Part shown: positions 51,066 to 61,801 of the stretch, piece after piece
Layout of the letters: each line of letters starts with the position of its first letter
How positions within the stretch are numbered: position 1 is the first letter of the stretch
From: Calditrichia bacterium
GTDB taxonomy: Bacteria > Calditrichota > Calditrichia > JAJRVZ01
Direction: 5' to 3'
Length of the DNA: 64,000 bases
Assembly (NCBI GenBank): GCA_963777955.1
Contig: CAVZSQ010000013.1
Coordinates: 416,001 to 480,000 of the forward strand
Translations under genes and position numbers: made by a program
Notes under the pieces: generated by a model
Told to the model about the DNA's origin: nothing
Database searches by the model: none
Seen by the model: the letters and a program-made list of their open reading frames with translations, nothing else

Positions 51066-52502
51066 ATGAGCAAAAATTATACTGACCTGAGTTTTCTGCA
51101 AACTGCCGATTCACGGCGGGTCTATATCCTGGATACCAATGTTCTGCTGCACGATCCGGCTTCTATCTTCCGTTTTGACGAACATATAGTACTGATCCCT
51201 TTTCTGACCATTGAAGAAATTGACACCATCAAAAATGATCCTGGTATAGGTTTTAATGCCCGGGACCTGAGCCAGAAACTTGAAATGCTCAGTTCCCGCC
51301 AGGATGACAACACCAGTATTCCCATTCCAAACGGTAAAGAGGGACTCTTATCCTATTTAACCGGTTACATATCAAAATCTTTTCCTGAAGAACTGGATCT
51401 GAAATATAAAGACAACACCATGCTGGCCCAGGTACTGGGCTTAAAGGAAAATTTTCCAAACCGTGATTTTATTTTTGTCACCAAAGACCGGAATCTGCGT
51501 ATAAAGTGCCGCGCCCTGGGCATACACACCGAAGATTACAAACATGATAAAATCAGTGAAGAATACCTGACCAGTTTTTTTCAAACCACCAAAGAAGTTA
51601 CCCTCAGCGTGGAAGAAATCAACGAGATCTTTACCGCCAAGGAAGGTAATAAATGGAATTTACCCTACCGGAAAAAATGGCGGCTGCGTGAGAACGAAGG
51701 AATTGTCCTGAACGATGCTTCCGGCGAATTTTTTGGACTGGGTATCCGCAAGGGTGAAATATTGCACTATATAGATTATAATTCGATCAGAGTTCTGGGT
51801 ACTGCTCCTAAAGCTCTGGATGATAAAAATTACTCGTATAATTTTGAACAGGCGATTTGCATGTACCAGGCTCTCGATGACGATATCAGGGTACAGATCA
51901 TCATCGGACGGGCCGGTACCGGTAAAACACATATCGCCATGGCCGCAGCCATGGAAAAAGTACTGAAAGAAAAAAAATACGAAAGTATAAAATTAATTAA
52001 ACCCATTGTTACCAAAAGCCGGCTGGGTGAAGATATCGGTTTTTTGCCCGGTTCCCTGCGGCGCAAATTGATCCCCAAGATGCGGCCGTTTATCGAAAAA
52101 CTGCGCCAGTTCAGCACCGAGGATACAAGCCCCGATGATGCGGGATATCAAAAATTGCTGGATTCCGGTATGATCGAATTGATAAATCTGGCTGATGTAC
52201 GCGGGGCCGATTTAGCTGATGCTATAGTCATTTTTGACGAAGCTCAGAACGCTAATCCTTTTCAGATGCGTACGCTGGGTACACGCCTGGGTGAGAATAC
52301 AAAATTGATTGTACTGGGTGATCCTACTCAGATTGATAGTATCTATCTGGATAAATATTCCAATGCTTTGATTAATTTATACCTTAACTCCATAAAAAAT
52401 CCTGCGCCGTTCCTGGCACAGGTTTGCCTGATCCAGATGGTCCGCTCGCATACCTCCCGCTGGTTTGAGGAGGTCATTCAATCCAACCAGGAAAAATATT
52501 AG
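51066..52502 (+). CDS. PIN domain + PhoH-like ATPase (PhoH2-type)
   Basis: PIN 'YILDTNVLLHDP...DN..L...TKDRNLRIK'; 'GRAGTGKT', 'IGFLPGS', 'DEAQN', 'GDPTQID'. Confidence 0.93.
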   Translation: MSKNYTDLSFLQTADSRRVYILDTNVLLHDPASIFRFDEHIVLIPFLTIEEIDTIKNDPGIGFNARDLSQKLEMLSSRQDDNTSIPIPNGKEGLLSYLTGYISKSFPEELDLKYKDNTMLAQVLGLKENFPNRDFIFVTKDRNLRIKCRALGIHTEDYKHDKISEEYLTSFFQTTKEVTLSVEEINEIFTAKEGNKWNLPYRKKWRLRENEGIVLNDASGEFFGLGIRKGEILHYIDYNSIRVLGTAPKALDDKNYSYNFEQAICMYQALDDDIRVQIIIGRAGTGKTHIAMAAAMEKVLKEKKYESIKLIKPIVTKSRLGEDIGFLPGSLRRKLIPKMRPFIEKLRQFSTEDTSPDDAGYQKLLDSGMIELINLADVRGADLADAIVIFDEAQNANPFQMRTLGTRLGENTKLIVLGDPTQIDSIYLDKYSNALINLYLNSIKNPAPFLAQVCLIQMVRSHTSRWFEEVIQSNQEKY

Positions 52503-52536
52503 TCGGAGATTAGTCTCCGACCAATCTCCGACTAAT
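52498..52536. repeat. Palindrome between convergent genes containing both stop codons
   Basis: ATTAGTCGGAGATT (52498-52511) / AATCTCCGACTAAT (52523-52536); alternative inner hairpin GTCGGAGA-ttag-TCTCCGAC. Confidence 0.8.
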
Positions 52537-53275
52537 CCTCGTTATATTTTTCCTTCGAGATCTGTTCCGAAGTTTTTTCAGGTACTAATATTGCCGGCGA
52601 TGTTTCCAGGCAGACCATGGCCACGCCGGGAGTGTATTCCTTCAGTACCGGATCTTTGATTCTTTTCAATTTATCGAGAATTTCCGCGATACGATTGGTG
52701 CCCTTAAATATAAAATCGGAGATTTTTTCCATTTGAGCAACATTGACTGATTCATGCTCAATTTCCAATTTTAATAATCCCACTGCATTGATTATTACCG
52801 TTAAAGCCTGATTTATTTCATGGTAAGCGGTCACAACCGTCGCTTCATACATTTTCTTTTTACCCCGCTCCAGGCAGCGATGGAGATACCAGCGTTGGTT
52901 CAGCACCCGTAACAAACCTTCCAGTAAAGCAACCTGATCGGCTGTCTTATCGTACACCAGGACATCCGCTACCCCATCACGGATAAAATTCTGGTATTCA
53001 GCGAAAGTCAGGCCCTTAAAAGTAAAGATGATCACGGCAGAAGCAGGGCATCTTTTCAGGGTATAGTCGATCATATCATCCAGCAGACTTTTGTTATCGC
53101 TCAGATGCAACACCACACACCGAAAACCCTGGGATTTCTGTAAATAGTCGGAGAGGGTTTCCAGCGAACCGGTTTCAACTTCTGTATTTAACTTGCGGCC
53201 GAGGGTACTTTTAATCGCTTCACCGATTTTCCTGTTTTCAGCCCAAATTAAAAATGGAATATCCTGATAGTTCAT
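52532..53275 (-). CDS. Degenerate receiver domain + HisKA/DHp-like H-box, no ATPase domain
   Basis: Receiver-like alternation ('FLIWAEN', 'CVVLHLS', 'VIIFT', 'GVADVL'), then 'ATVVTAYHEINQALTVI...RIAEILDKL'. Confidence 0.7.
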   Translation of the reverse strand: MNYQDIPFLIWAENRKIGEAIKSTLGRKLNTEVETGSLETLSDYLQKSQGFRCVVLHLSDNKSLLDDMIDYTLKRCPASAVIIFTFKGLTFAEYQNFIRDGVADVLVYDKTADQVALLEGLLRVLNQRWYLHRCLERGKKKMYEATVVTAYHEINQALTVIINAVGLLKLEIEHESVNVAQMEKISDFIFKGTNRIAEILDKLKRIKDPVLKEYTPGVAMVCLETSPAILVPEKTSEQISKEKYNED

Positions 53276-53381
53276 ATATATATATTCGAGATATTTTCCG
53301 CAATATTGAATTAAAACTGGCAGTTGATAAGATTCGCATCACGAAACGATGCGTAAAATTGATGCAGCAACTGCAGCGGAA

Positions 53382-56037
53382 TTAATAACGATAGCCAAAC
53401 GATAAATAAAAAATTCCTGATTTATTCCGGGTTTGTCCATATCCTGCCAGCAGCGGGCCTATAAACGTGTCAATTCCAAACCAGACCCCATACCCCGGAA
53501 AAAAGTCCTGACTCTTCATGATCAGGTCCGGAGTCTCCCAGATACCGGCCAGATCATAGCGCAGGGCGAAATATGCGTCCGAAATAATTTTAAAGGGCAA
53601 TTGATAGCGGAATTCCAGATTGGAATAGATTAATTGGCGGCCCGTGTACTCATATTCGTACAAGCCCATAAATTCCTCAATTCCGCCTAATCGGAAGTAT
53701 TCCGAGAAAGGAAGAGTTTTATCCGCCACTCCAATTCCGCCGCGAAGATGCAGCGTGTACTTTGACCGGTAAGTATAAAATCCTTCCAGTTTGACATAAG
53801 CCTTGGTATATTTTTCCTGGCCTCCGATGATGCGCTCATTTCCGGCTTCCCAGTACCAGATGTTGTATATCCCCTGGGAAGGAAAGGCTATTTTATTACG
53901 CTTATCTGTCACCGAGCGGATACCGAGAGTGCGTAACTCGCTGTTTTTACTATAGATGAATTCTCCTGAATATCGCCGGTCTTTTACATTTTCGATACGC
54001 AATTCAATGTTCATTTGTCCCAGTTTTCTTAACTGCTGACCGACGATCAATTTACCACCTATACGCTCTTCCCAGTATTCTCCGATTTTTCGCAGGTTGA
54101 CCAGAAATGGATTTAATTTAAAATCATAATATGTATGCAGAGCCGCAGTAAAATAAGTTTTGAAAACGCGGTCGATCCGGAAATTGAGACCGCCATTTTT
54201 ATCTTTTTCTCCTATCCTGCCTGACAGAGACAGGCTGCTGCCCATGCCCTGAAAATTATCATTGCCAAATTCCAGGTAACTCTGTACACCGCGGTCCAGA
54301 CTTATATTTCCGCCGAAATGCAGAGCCGTATATTTCTTTTCCCGTACTTTAATGAGCAACAGATTCCGGGTATAATCCGGATCTACATTGATAGTCACCT
54401 TCTCAAAAAGTTGCGTATCGTAGATGTTCTGCATTCCCTGTTTGACTAACCGTGAATTAAAAAACGATTTCTCTTTCAGGGGAAATTCACGCAAAATCAC
54501 GTAATCCCTGGTTACATCGTTACCTTCGATTCTGATACTATCTATTGCTCCGGTATTTATCTTTATATGCAGAATACCGCGGGCGCTGTCCAATTCCACC
54601 TGTCGAAAACTCATCAATCCATATCCCGCCTGCATGTACAGTTGGTTTAAATTATTTAAATCCTGCAGGATGGTCGTATAATTTAAACCCGTATGTAATG
54701 GATGGGTAATACATTTGCTCAACAGCGAATCCGGGTAAAACCTGTCACCGCTGAACTGAACCTGGTGAATGATTGGATTCTGCTGCGCGTTAATTTTCAT
54801 AACGGTTGTGTCGTTCAAATCCCGTTCAATATTGATTTTTCTATATAATCCCGTCGAGAAAACAGAATCCACCAGGTTTTTCAGGAATTGCAGCGACAAG
54901 GAATCAGAATTTTCAAAGAAGCGGGAAGTTTGTACCGCCGTGGGTTGTATCTCATTCCAGACATAGATCCGGGGAATGATCCGCTTGACATTAATGGTAT
55001 CGGCCAGTCCTTTGTTCAGAATCAGGTTTTCCAGCAGAGGTAAATTCCGCTCCACGGCTTTTTCCCCTTCGGCAATCATCTCGCTATATTTGGAAAAGTC
55101 TGTGCTGCCGATATTCTCCAATTCCGGCTTGATAATAATATCAGCCAGGTCCCGTTGTTCCACATACTGGGATTGCTGCATAATGGTCGTTACCTGATCT
55201 GCAATTTCCCAGGGTGCTTTCAGTTCATCATCCGTACGCAGGGGTGAAGAGATATCCACCAGGATGACCCGCTCCATACCGGCAGCACGGGCCACATCAA
55301 CCGGGAGATTTGAAGATAATCCGCCATCTACCAATAACATATTGTCCCAGCGCATTGGTGAAAAAAGCAGAGGCACCGCCGTGCTGCCATAGATTGCCTC
55401 GGCCAGATCCCCTTTGGTGATCACGATTCTTTTGCCTGAAATCAGATCGGTAGCTATTGCCCGAAACGGTATACGCAAGCTGTCAAAATTCGAAAATTTC
55501 CGGATATTCAGTTGATACAATTGCTCGGTTAAAATGGAAAGTATTTTCTGGCCGGTGGAGATACTGCTGGGTATATACGGATTCCACTGGTCGAAGCGGA
55601 TGGTCACTATATAACGATCCTGCTCAACTTTTTGACCTAAGAACAGATCTTCCCTTTGAGTAACATCACTGAATATATCGTTCCACTGAATGCTTTTCAC
55701 GATTGTTTCTAGTTGCGCTGGACGTGAACCCGGCAGCATAGAAGCCGCCCATCACACTGCCCATACTCGTGCCGACAATCAAATCAATCGGAATGTTATG
55801 CTTTTCTAATCCTTTCAGAACACCCACATGACTGATGCCGCGGGCACCACCGCCGGAAAGGACCAGGCCTACTTTTGGATAGGCTTTTTTGATCTGAAAG
55901 GATTTTTGTACCGACAGGGATTGAAGCGGGGGGAGACTACGACTATAGATCACCTCGGAGGTCAACTGCCCTGTCACAGTACTGACCAGGCTCGACCAGA
56001 TTAAACCTGCAGCAAGCAGACGGATATATCTATTCAT
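53382..56037 (-). CDS. Patatin-POTRA-Omp85 protein (PlpD-like, type Vd) (frameshift near 55720)
   Basis: 'LSGGGARG', nucleophile 'GTSMG', 'DGG'; POTRA '[17 protein letters not shown]'; barrel end 'IGPL...YLSFGYRY'. Confidence 0.9.
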
Positions 56038-56043
56038 GGCTCT

Positions 56044-59000
56044 TTACTGATTTTGATCATTTGCTGTTGATTGACTCAGGGTTTTAAAATAGTCTTCAAT
56101 TATTTTTTCATAAGCCGGATGATACCCCTCCTGCAAAGCGCGCCGCAAATCCTGCTGTAATTTCTGGCCGCGCTGATCGAAGGGATCGAGTTTTTCTGCA
56201 GGGGATTTTTTCGCATAATTTTTACCCGCTTCAGCCTGACGATTACGGCTGTACTCCCTTTCCCTTACAGATTTTTGTGCATCCAGTAAACGGTTGAATA
56301 TTTGCTGCTGCCGTTCAATCGTCTTACGGTCCAACTTCAGTGCTTCCATATCCTGTACAACTTTTTCCATTTCTTCCGCCAGATTTTCGACCCGGCCCAA
56401 TACATCGGAACGGTTACCCGTTTCATCCGTCAGTTGTTCCAGTGCCTGCCGGATAGCCGACTGTTCGGCAGCCAATCTTCGCAATTCCTGCTGTTGCTGC
56501 ATGGTCAGGCTACCCTGATTCCCGGCCCCCTGGCCGGCCCCCTGGAAAAAATTGAGACTTTCCTCGTTAAGCATTCCCTGCTGTTTGGACATTTGCATCA
56601 GGCTCTGCATGAATTGTTCAAATCCCAGCGCAGAATTCGATTGGGCCATTTGCTGCATCGAATTCTGCATCCCCAGTACAGATTCATTCAGACCCGCCAT
56701 TGCTTGTTCCTGGAATTTACCGGCTGCACCCTGGTTGCGATTTTCCAATTCTGCCAATGTCTTACGAATACCGCCGCTTGCTTTACCGAGGGATTTACTC
56801 ATTTCCGGTGAGATGAAAAATGTCTGGTGTGAAAGATCGATAATCTCCTGCACCAGGCCATTCATATTTTCAGCCATGGTTTGCTGCCGGGAAGCCATAT
56901 CATGAAACTCGGTACTGAAATCAGATAAATTTTTAGTTACATTCATCAAATCTTCCTGAGTAGCGGATAATTGCAGCAGATCTGCCGATATTTTCGACAT
57001 TTTTGACAGCAAACGGGTTTGCTCGCTGGAAACCATATTTTGTCTGGCCTGTTGTAAAGCGGAATAAAGTTGCTGCAAACTTTGTTCGGCCTGCTGCGAT
57101 TGTTGTCCGGCCTTTCCTGAACTACTCTGCCGGATCATATCTTTGAGCGCCCCCAGCCGGGCAGCGATATCCTGCTGATCAATTAATTCTTGTGCGGATT
57201 CCAGGTCATGCTTTACACTGCCGTTGTTTTCCAGCATTTCATTCTTTATTAATTCATCCAGGCCCAGTTCAGTTTGCTGCAGAACTGTTTGCTGAGATTG
57301 AATTTTATTTTCCAGCTCAGCCTGAGATTTCTTATCCGAAAGTTTGTTTTGATCCAATTCTCCGGAAATTTTCTTCTGCTCATCCTGCATTTTTTTAGCC
57401 AGCTGCACCAACTGATCCAGCGCCTGCTCCAGTTGCACTTTTTTAAAAAGTTCCAGAGTCCGTTCCAGCCGCTCCTGGAATTGTTGCTGGTTGAGTTGCA
57501 GTTTTTGCAATGCAGTTTTGATCTGATTCTCATTCATTTTATCCAGTGATTTTTGTAACTCTTCCAGAGTTTGTAATAATTCAGGTGTAGCAATCTCCTG
57601 AAACAATTGCTGCAGTTGACGGTATTTCTCCAGCAATTCAGGGCTTAGTAATTGAACATTTTCCAGTTTTTGCAGCGCTTCGGCCAGATTCTGCTGGATC
57701 TGCTCTAATTTTTGCTGAATTTCTTTCTGTTTTTGCAGAGAGGACTCTATCTCCTGTTTCCGCTCCCAGTCAATGTTCTTGTCCCGTTTCAATTCACGGT
57801 TAATTTCTTCCAACTTTTTTTTCAACTCATCGCTTGCGTCTGCTGCCTGTTCGGTTTCCTCGATATTCGTTGATTGTTTCTCGGCAAAGTCATTGAATAA
57901 AGTTTCCAGGGAAGGAAAATGAATAAAATACTCATTCGAGCGGGCGGTTTTGGGTCCGCGAATCGGATCGTTATCCCTGATTTCCACATAGTATTTGATT
58001 GCATCTTCAAATCCCACGTCCAGCACTGCAAAATTCCACAGATAATTTTGCTGGAAATATGTAACCGCCCGGGCCGGAAAGGCGAGTTGTACTACATGCC
58101 AACTGGAATCCTGCCTGAGATTTGATTTAGCAGTAACCTGATAATTTAATTTAAGGTCGCTAAAACCAAAATCATCCCGGCCTTCGATCAACAGGGTTAT
58201 GGCCCCATCCGCCGGTATTTCCACATCCATTCCCGGTTCAATCAGGTTCACCGTGGGATACAGGTCTTCCAGCATGGTGATAAAATACTGGATAGGATTT
58301 TGGCTGTTCACGCTATCCTGATCAATTAAATCGATGTGATAGGAATTTGTTTTATCCACCGGAAATTGCACATAAATTTTATCTTCACGGATCCGGGCCT
58401 CCAATGCCGAGCTATCGGCAAAAACCACCTTTGCGTCTTTTATTATTTTATTCGATTTTGCGTTGATGGTTACAAGCGATCCCGGATAAACCAGCATATC
58501 TCCGGTATTCTCTTCCAGGAACTGCCGCGGTAAAGCAGTATAAGCCGGCGGCGTAACTGTAATTGACAATTCGGACAGCGAGGGGGGCGTCAGTACCTGA
58601 ACCTGATACAATCCGCTGATGACTTTTTCGCTCCACTCGTTGCGCTGAGTAAAAGTGGACTTGAGGCGATATTCCATGGGCCGGCGTATATTGGGCAGTG
58701 CGGCCTGATAAAAATTACCGGCAGGTTGCAAGGCCAACTGTTGAAAGGATGATTCCTCTTTGCTCCGGTATAAAAGTAAGCAACCCGAATTCGGGGGACC
58801 CTGGTACTGAGTGCGGATATCCAGGGATTGCCCCATAATAATTCTGGTATTACCGGGCCAGGTATTAAAAGTAAATGCCGGAGTATCGGCAAACTCTTTA
58901 TCAGGATAACATATTCGCTGCAGGGCCAGCGGGACATCAAATGCAGTCATTAAAAAAATGCTGCCCAGCAGTACCGGCAACAAGAAAGATACAGGAAAAA

Positions 59001-59457
59001 CATAGTTTAAAAATCTGAGCTGCTTTTTAAAATCGATATCCTTAACCTGTTCGTAAAATCTGTCGACAGCGAATTCTTTTAATTGCAGGGAGAATCCTTT
59101 GTCGCTGCGGTTAATCAGTTGATAGATGTTGGTCAGCCGGTCCTGGATTTCAGGATAAAAACATCCGATTTCAGCAGTGATGGAGGAGAGATCGCCGCTG
59201 TGGTGTATACGCAAGAGGTAAGGATCGGCGGTACATATAAAACGGCAACTGTAACCGACGGTGATGATTAAGTTTAAAATTAACAGACCCCAGCGTGTAG
59301 TCGAAGAGAAGAAGAAAATCTGGTCGGTCACCAGGGTAACCAGCCAGATGCAGGTTAGACATACCAGCAGATTGATCAGGTTGGCCCATAGTATGAAGGC
59401 CAGTTTTTTACCCTGATATTTTTTGATTTTATTAATCAGCAGCGTTGCACTATTCAT
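56044..59457 (-). CDS. Large membrane-anchored coiled-coil protein (DUF4175-like)
   Basis: N-terminal TMs, 'TPPAYT', 'DDFG', 'RDND...GPK', long Gln/Glu coiled coil, 'RQQQIFNRLLDAQKS'. Confidence 0.8.
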   Translation of the reverse strand: MNSATLLINKIKKYQGKKLAFILWANLINLLVCLTCIWLVTLVTDQIFFFSSTTRWGLLILNLIITVGYSCRFICTADPYLLRIHHSGDLSSITAEIGCFYPEIQDRLTNIYQLINRSDKGFSLQLKEFAVDRFYEQVKDIDFKKQLRFLNYVFPVSFLLPVLLGSIFLMTAFDVPLALQRICYPDKEFADTPAFTFNTWPGNTRIIMGQSLDIRTQYQGPPNSGCLLLYRSKEESSFQQLALQPAGNFYQAALPNIRRPMEYRLKSTFTQRNEWSEKVISGLYQVQVLTPPSLSELSITVTPPAYTALPRQFLEENTGDMLVYPGSLVTINAKSNKIIKDAKVVFADSSALEARIREDKIYVQFPVDKTNSYHIDLIDQDSVNSQNPIQYFITMLEDLYPTVNLIEPGMDVEIPADGAITLLIEGRDDFGFSDLKLNYQVTAKSNLRQDSSWHVVQLAFPARAVTYFQQNYLWNFAVLDVGFEDAIKYYVEIRDNDPIRGPKTARSNEYFIHFPSLETLFNDFAEKQSTNIEETEQAADASDELKKKLEEINRELKRDKNIDWERKQEIESSLQKQKEIQQKLEQIQQNLAEALQKLENVQLLSPELLEKYRQLQQLFQEIATPELLQTLEELQKSLDKMNENQIKTALQKLQLNQQQFQERLERTLELFKKVQLEQALDQLVQLAKKMQDEQKKISGELDQNKLSDKKSQAELENKIQSQQTVLQQTELGLDELIKNEMLENNGSVKHDLESAQELIDQQDIAARLGALKDMIRQSSSGKAGQQSQQAEQSLQQLYSALQQARQNMVSSEQTRLLSKMSKISADLLQLSATQEDLMNVTKNLSDFSTEFHDMASRQQTMAENMNGLVQEIIDLSHQTFFISPEMSKSLGKASGGIRKTLAELENRNQGAAGKFQEQAMAGLNESVLGMQNSMQQMAQSNSALGFEQFMQSLMQMSKQQGMLNEESLNFFQGAGQGAGNQGSLTMQQQQELRRLAAEQSAIRQALEQLTDETGNRSDVLGRVENLAEEMEKVVQDMEALKLDRKTIERQQQIFNRLLDAQKSVREREYSRNRQAEAGKNYAKKSPAEKLDPFDQRGQKLQQDLRRALQEGYHPAYEKIIEDYFKTLSQSTANDQNQ

Positions 59458-60126
59458 TAGTTTAGTAAAGCATAGAGTAGAATATTTACACCCATTTTTA
59501 AGGCTAAATCACGTTTTTCAGGGGGATCGTTATGGATTTCCGCGTCCTCACAGCCATCTGAAATATCTGTATTGAAAGAATAGAAAACAACCAGGCGTCC
59601 CTCATAGATCAGACCCAAACCCTGCGGCGGTCCGCCCCCGTGTTCGTGAATCTTGGGCAATCCATCACTAAACTTATAATATATATTATATATGGGATGA
59701 TTAAAAGGAAGTTCCACAAATTTTAGTTCCGGGAAAACCTTGCCCAGTCTCCCTGCGGAAGGAAGGATCCATACCGTAATCATCATCGGCGAATAAGAAT
59801 CCCCCACTGGTTAAATAGGTGCGTAATCGTTGGACATCCTGGTCGCTGAATTTGATATTCCCATGTCCGGCGATATAAGCGATCGGGTAATTAAAAAATG
59901 ATTCGTCCCTGATCTCTGCAGTCGCTTCCTTAATAGCGGTCTTTAGGCCTGTTTCTTTCCTGATCTTTGCGAACAGATTCATAAATGTTGTTTTATTACC
60001 GTACCAGTCGCCGCCGCCGTCGTACTTGATGCGCACCACCGACAGTTCGTTCAACTCGGGGAGTATCTGGGCTGGCAGGAGTGCGCTAAGAAATAACATT
60101 ATAAATATGCAATAACGCTGATACAT
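59457..60126 (-). CDS. DUF4159 domain protein (frameshift near 59750)
   Basis: 'KYDGGGDWY', 'GHG', 'GGFLFADDDYGMD', 'HPIY', 'GLPKIHEH', 'ALKMGVNI'. Confidence 0.9.
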
Positions 60127-60215
60127 TTCTGGTTATAATTTGTAATTAGTAATTAGTAATTGATTAAATTATTTTCATGCAACTAAGTGTCAAAGGTTCG
60201 GAAAATTTAACACCA

Positions 60216-61766
60216 TCAAATAATCCAGCGGCGATCCCGTTGCCTGCAATCAGGCAGCACTTCCAGGGCAATATTTACATCATCCACAATCTGAAAATCA
60301 TACATGCCCACACAGATGAAATCTGCGCCGTTTTTAAAAGCAAACTGGAAGCCCTCTTTGGGGTGTATCGCCCCGGCTGCCAGAATTTTAAAAGCGATCC
60401 AGGGCTGCGGCAGAGTTTGCATATACTTTATTGTTTCGTCCGGAGCCGGACACCAGTTATTATCTTTTTCCTGTCCGCTCCGGGCAGACCAGTAATTGAC
60501 CGGATGAAGTGTTTTCATCCAGTAATCCGGTTTCAGGCCATACTCGACACATGCTTGCACGGTTTTCAAGGCATGTGCTCCAATACCTGCGGGCAAACCA
60601 TTTTGTTTGATCAGTTCAAGTGCCTGGGCAATCTGTTCTATTTTACCCTCCTGCACCAGGTTATCAGCGATACCCCCCTGGACATAACAGGAGTGGGCAC
60701 CATTATCGACAGAGATCTTGATACCGGCCGTCAGGTCCCCCTGGTAGGCGCAATCGGAAATAAACTTGATAGTACCGATATTTCTTTTCCAGTATTCACT
60801 GATGACCTGGCTCAGCACCGGATTGGTTAAAAAGCAATTGATGCCGCATTTTTCAGCCAGGAAAAAGGTTTCGAAAATCTTATCTTTGGTATGATAAGAT
60901 TTGACCAGTTTATCGACATAGATTAAATCCCGGGCATGAGCCCAGCCGCCGATAAGGTTCCCGCCCAAAATCACCCTGCTCAACTTTAATTCGCCTATAT
61001 GGCCAAAAGGCAAAGTACCCTTTAAATCCTGCAATTTGGTGTAATTGAACGATTTTGTGGTGGCGCCGGTAACCGCATCGATACTCTCTGTTAAATTTTT
61101 TCTTTCATAACTTTCCCAGCCGATTTTTTTCATGACAGCAAAAACAAAAGCGCCAAAAACAGGGAGGGTGATAAGACTCTTAATAATTTCCCGCCGGTTA
61201 AAATCTGTAGTTTGATTAGTCGATGTTTCTGCTGATGTTTTAGCCGGCTTTGTAACCGAAAATACTTTTTGTATTTTATTTTTCAGCATTATAAAAATTT
61301 GTCGTAGACCTGCCATACTGCTGGTGGGAAACATGGTCAGAACAGCCAGGGCGATAAGTTCAATCAAAACTTTATCCACAAGCAGATAATTTCCCTCGCT
61401 GGACAGGTCAAGGCCCAGGCCAATCAATGCCGGATGGGCCAGGTAATACAGTAATAAAAGTACTATACCTGATATACCGGCCGCCCGGGTAAAGATTCCG
61501 AAGAAAAGTCCCAGTCCGATCAGGATCAGTCCCCAGATATTGAGAAAATCCACAATCTTTAATACCGCAGGATTGGAAATAATCCAGTTGAAAACACCCT
61601 GTAATATCCACCGGGATGAATCAAGATAGGATTCAGCCGACCAGCTGGGTGTAAAAAGTTTCGCCAGGCCTTCATACAGAAAATGCCAGCCAATGGCCAG
61701 TCGGAGTAAAATCAGGCCGGTCAATTGAGCGTTGGAATAATTATTTCCATTTTTATTAAATTCCAT
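60216..61766 (-). CDS. DoxX-family membrane domain fused to an aldo/keto-reductase-like domain
   Basis: DoxX 'LRLAIGWHFLYEGLAK', internal twin-Arg 'FNRREIIK', then 'LSRVILGGN...PAGIGAH...PWIAFKILAAG...GADFICVGM'. Confidence 0.8.
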   Translation of the reverse strand: MEFNKNGNNYSNAQLTGLILLRLAIGWHFLYEGLAKLFTPSWSAESYLDSSRWILQGVFNWIISNPAVLKIVDFLNIWGLILIGLGLFFGIFTRAAGISGIVLLLLYYLAHPALIGLGLDLSSEGNYLLVDKVLIELIALAVLTMFPTSSMAGLRQIFIMLKNKIQKVFSVTKPAKTSAETSTNQTTDFNRREIIKSLITLPVFGAFVFAVMKKIGWESYERKNLTESIDAVTGATTKSFNYTKLQDLKGTLPFGHIGELKLSRVILGGNLIGGWAHARDLIYVDKLVKSYHTKDKIFETFFLAEKCGINCFLTNPVLSQVISEYWKRNIGTIKFISDCAYQGDLTAGIKISVDNGAHSCYVQGGIADNLVQEGKIEQIAQALELIKQNGLPAGIGAHALKTVQACVEYGLKPDYWMKTLHPVNYWSARSGQEKDNNWCPAPDETIKYMQTLPQPWIAFKILAAGAIHPKEGFQFAFKNGADFICVGMYDFQIVDDVNIALEVLPDCRQRDRRWII

Positions 61767-61801
61767 ATCTATCTCCTGGAATGATAGATCATTTTGTTTA
61801 A

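Noticed and set aside
60177..60830. 217-aa plus-strand ORF and the many other short antisense or overlapping ORFs in the track
   Set aside because: They are shadows of well-supported genes and carry no recognisable motifs.
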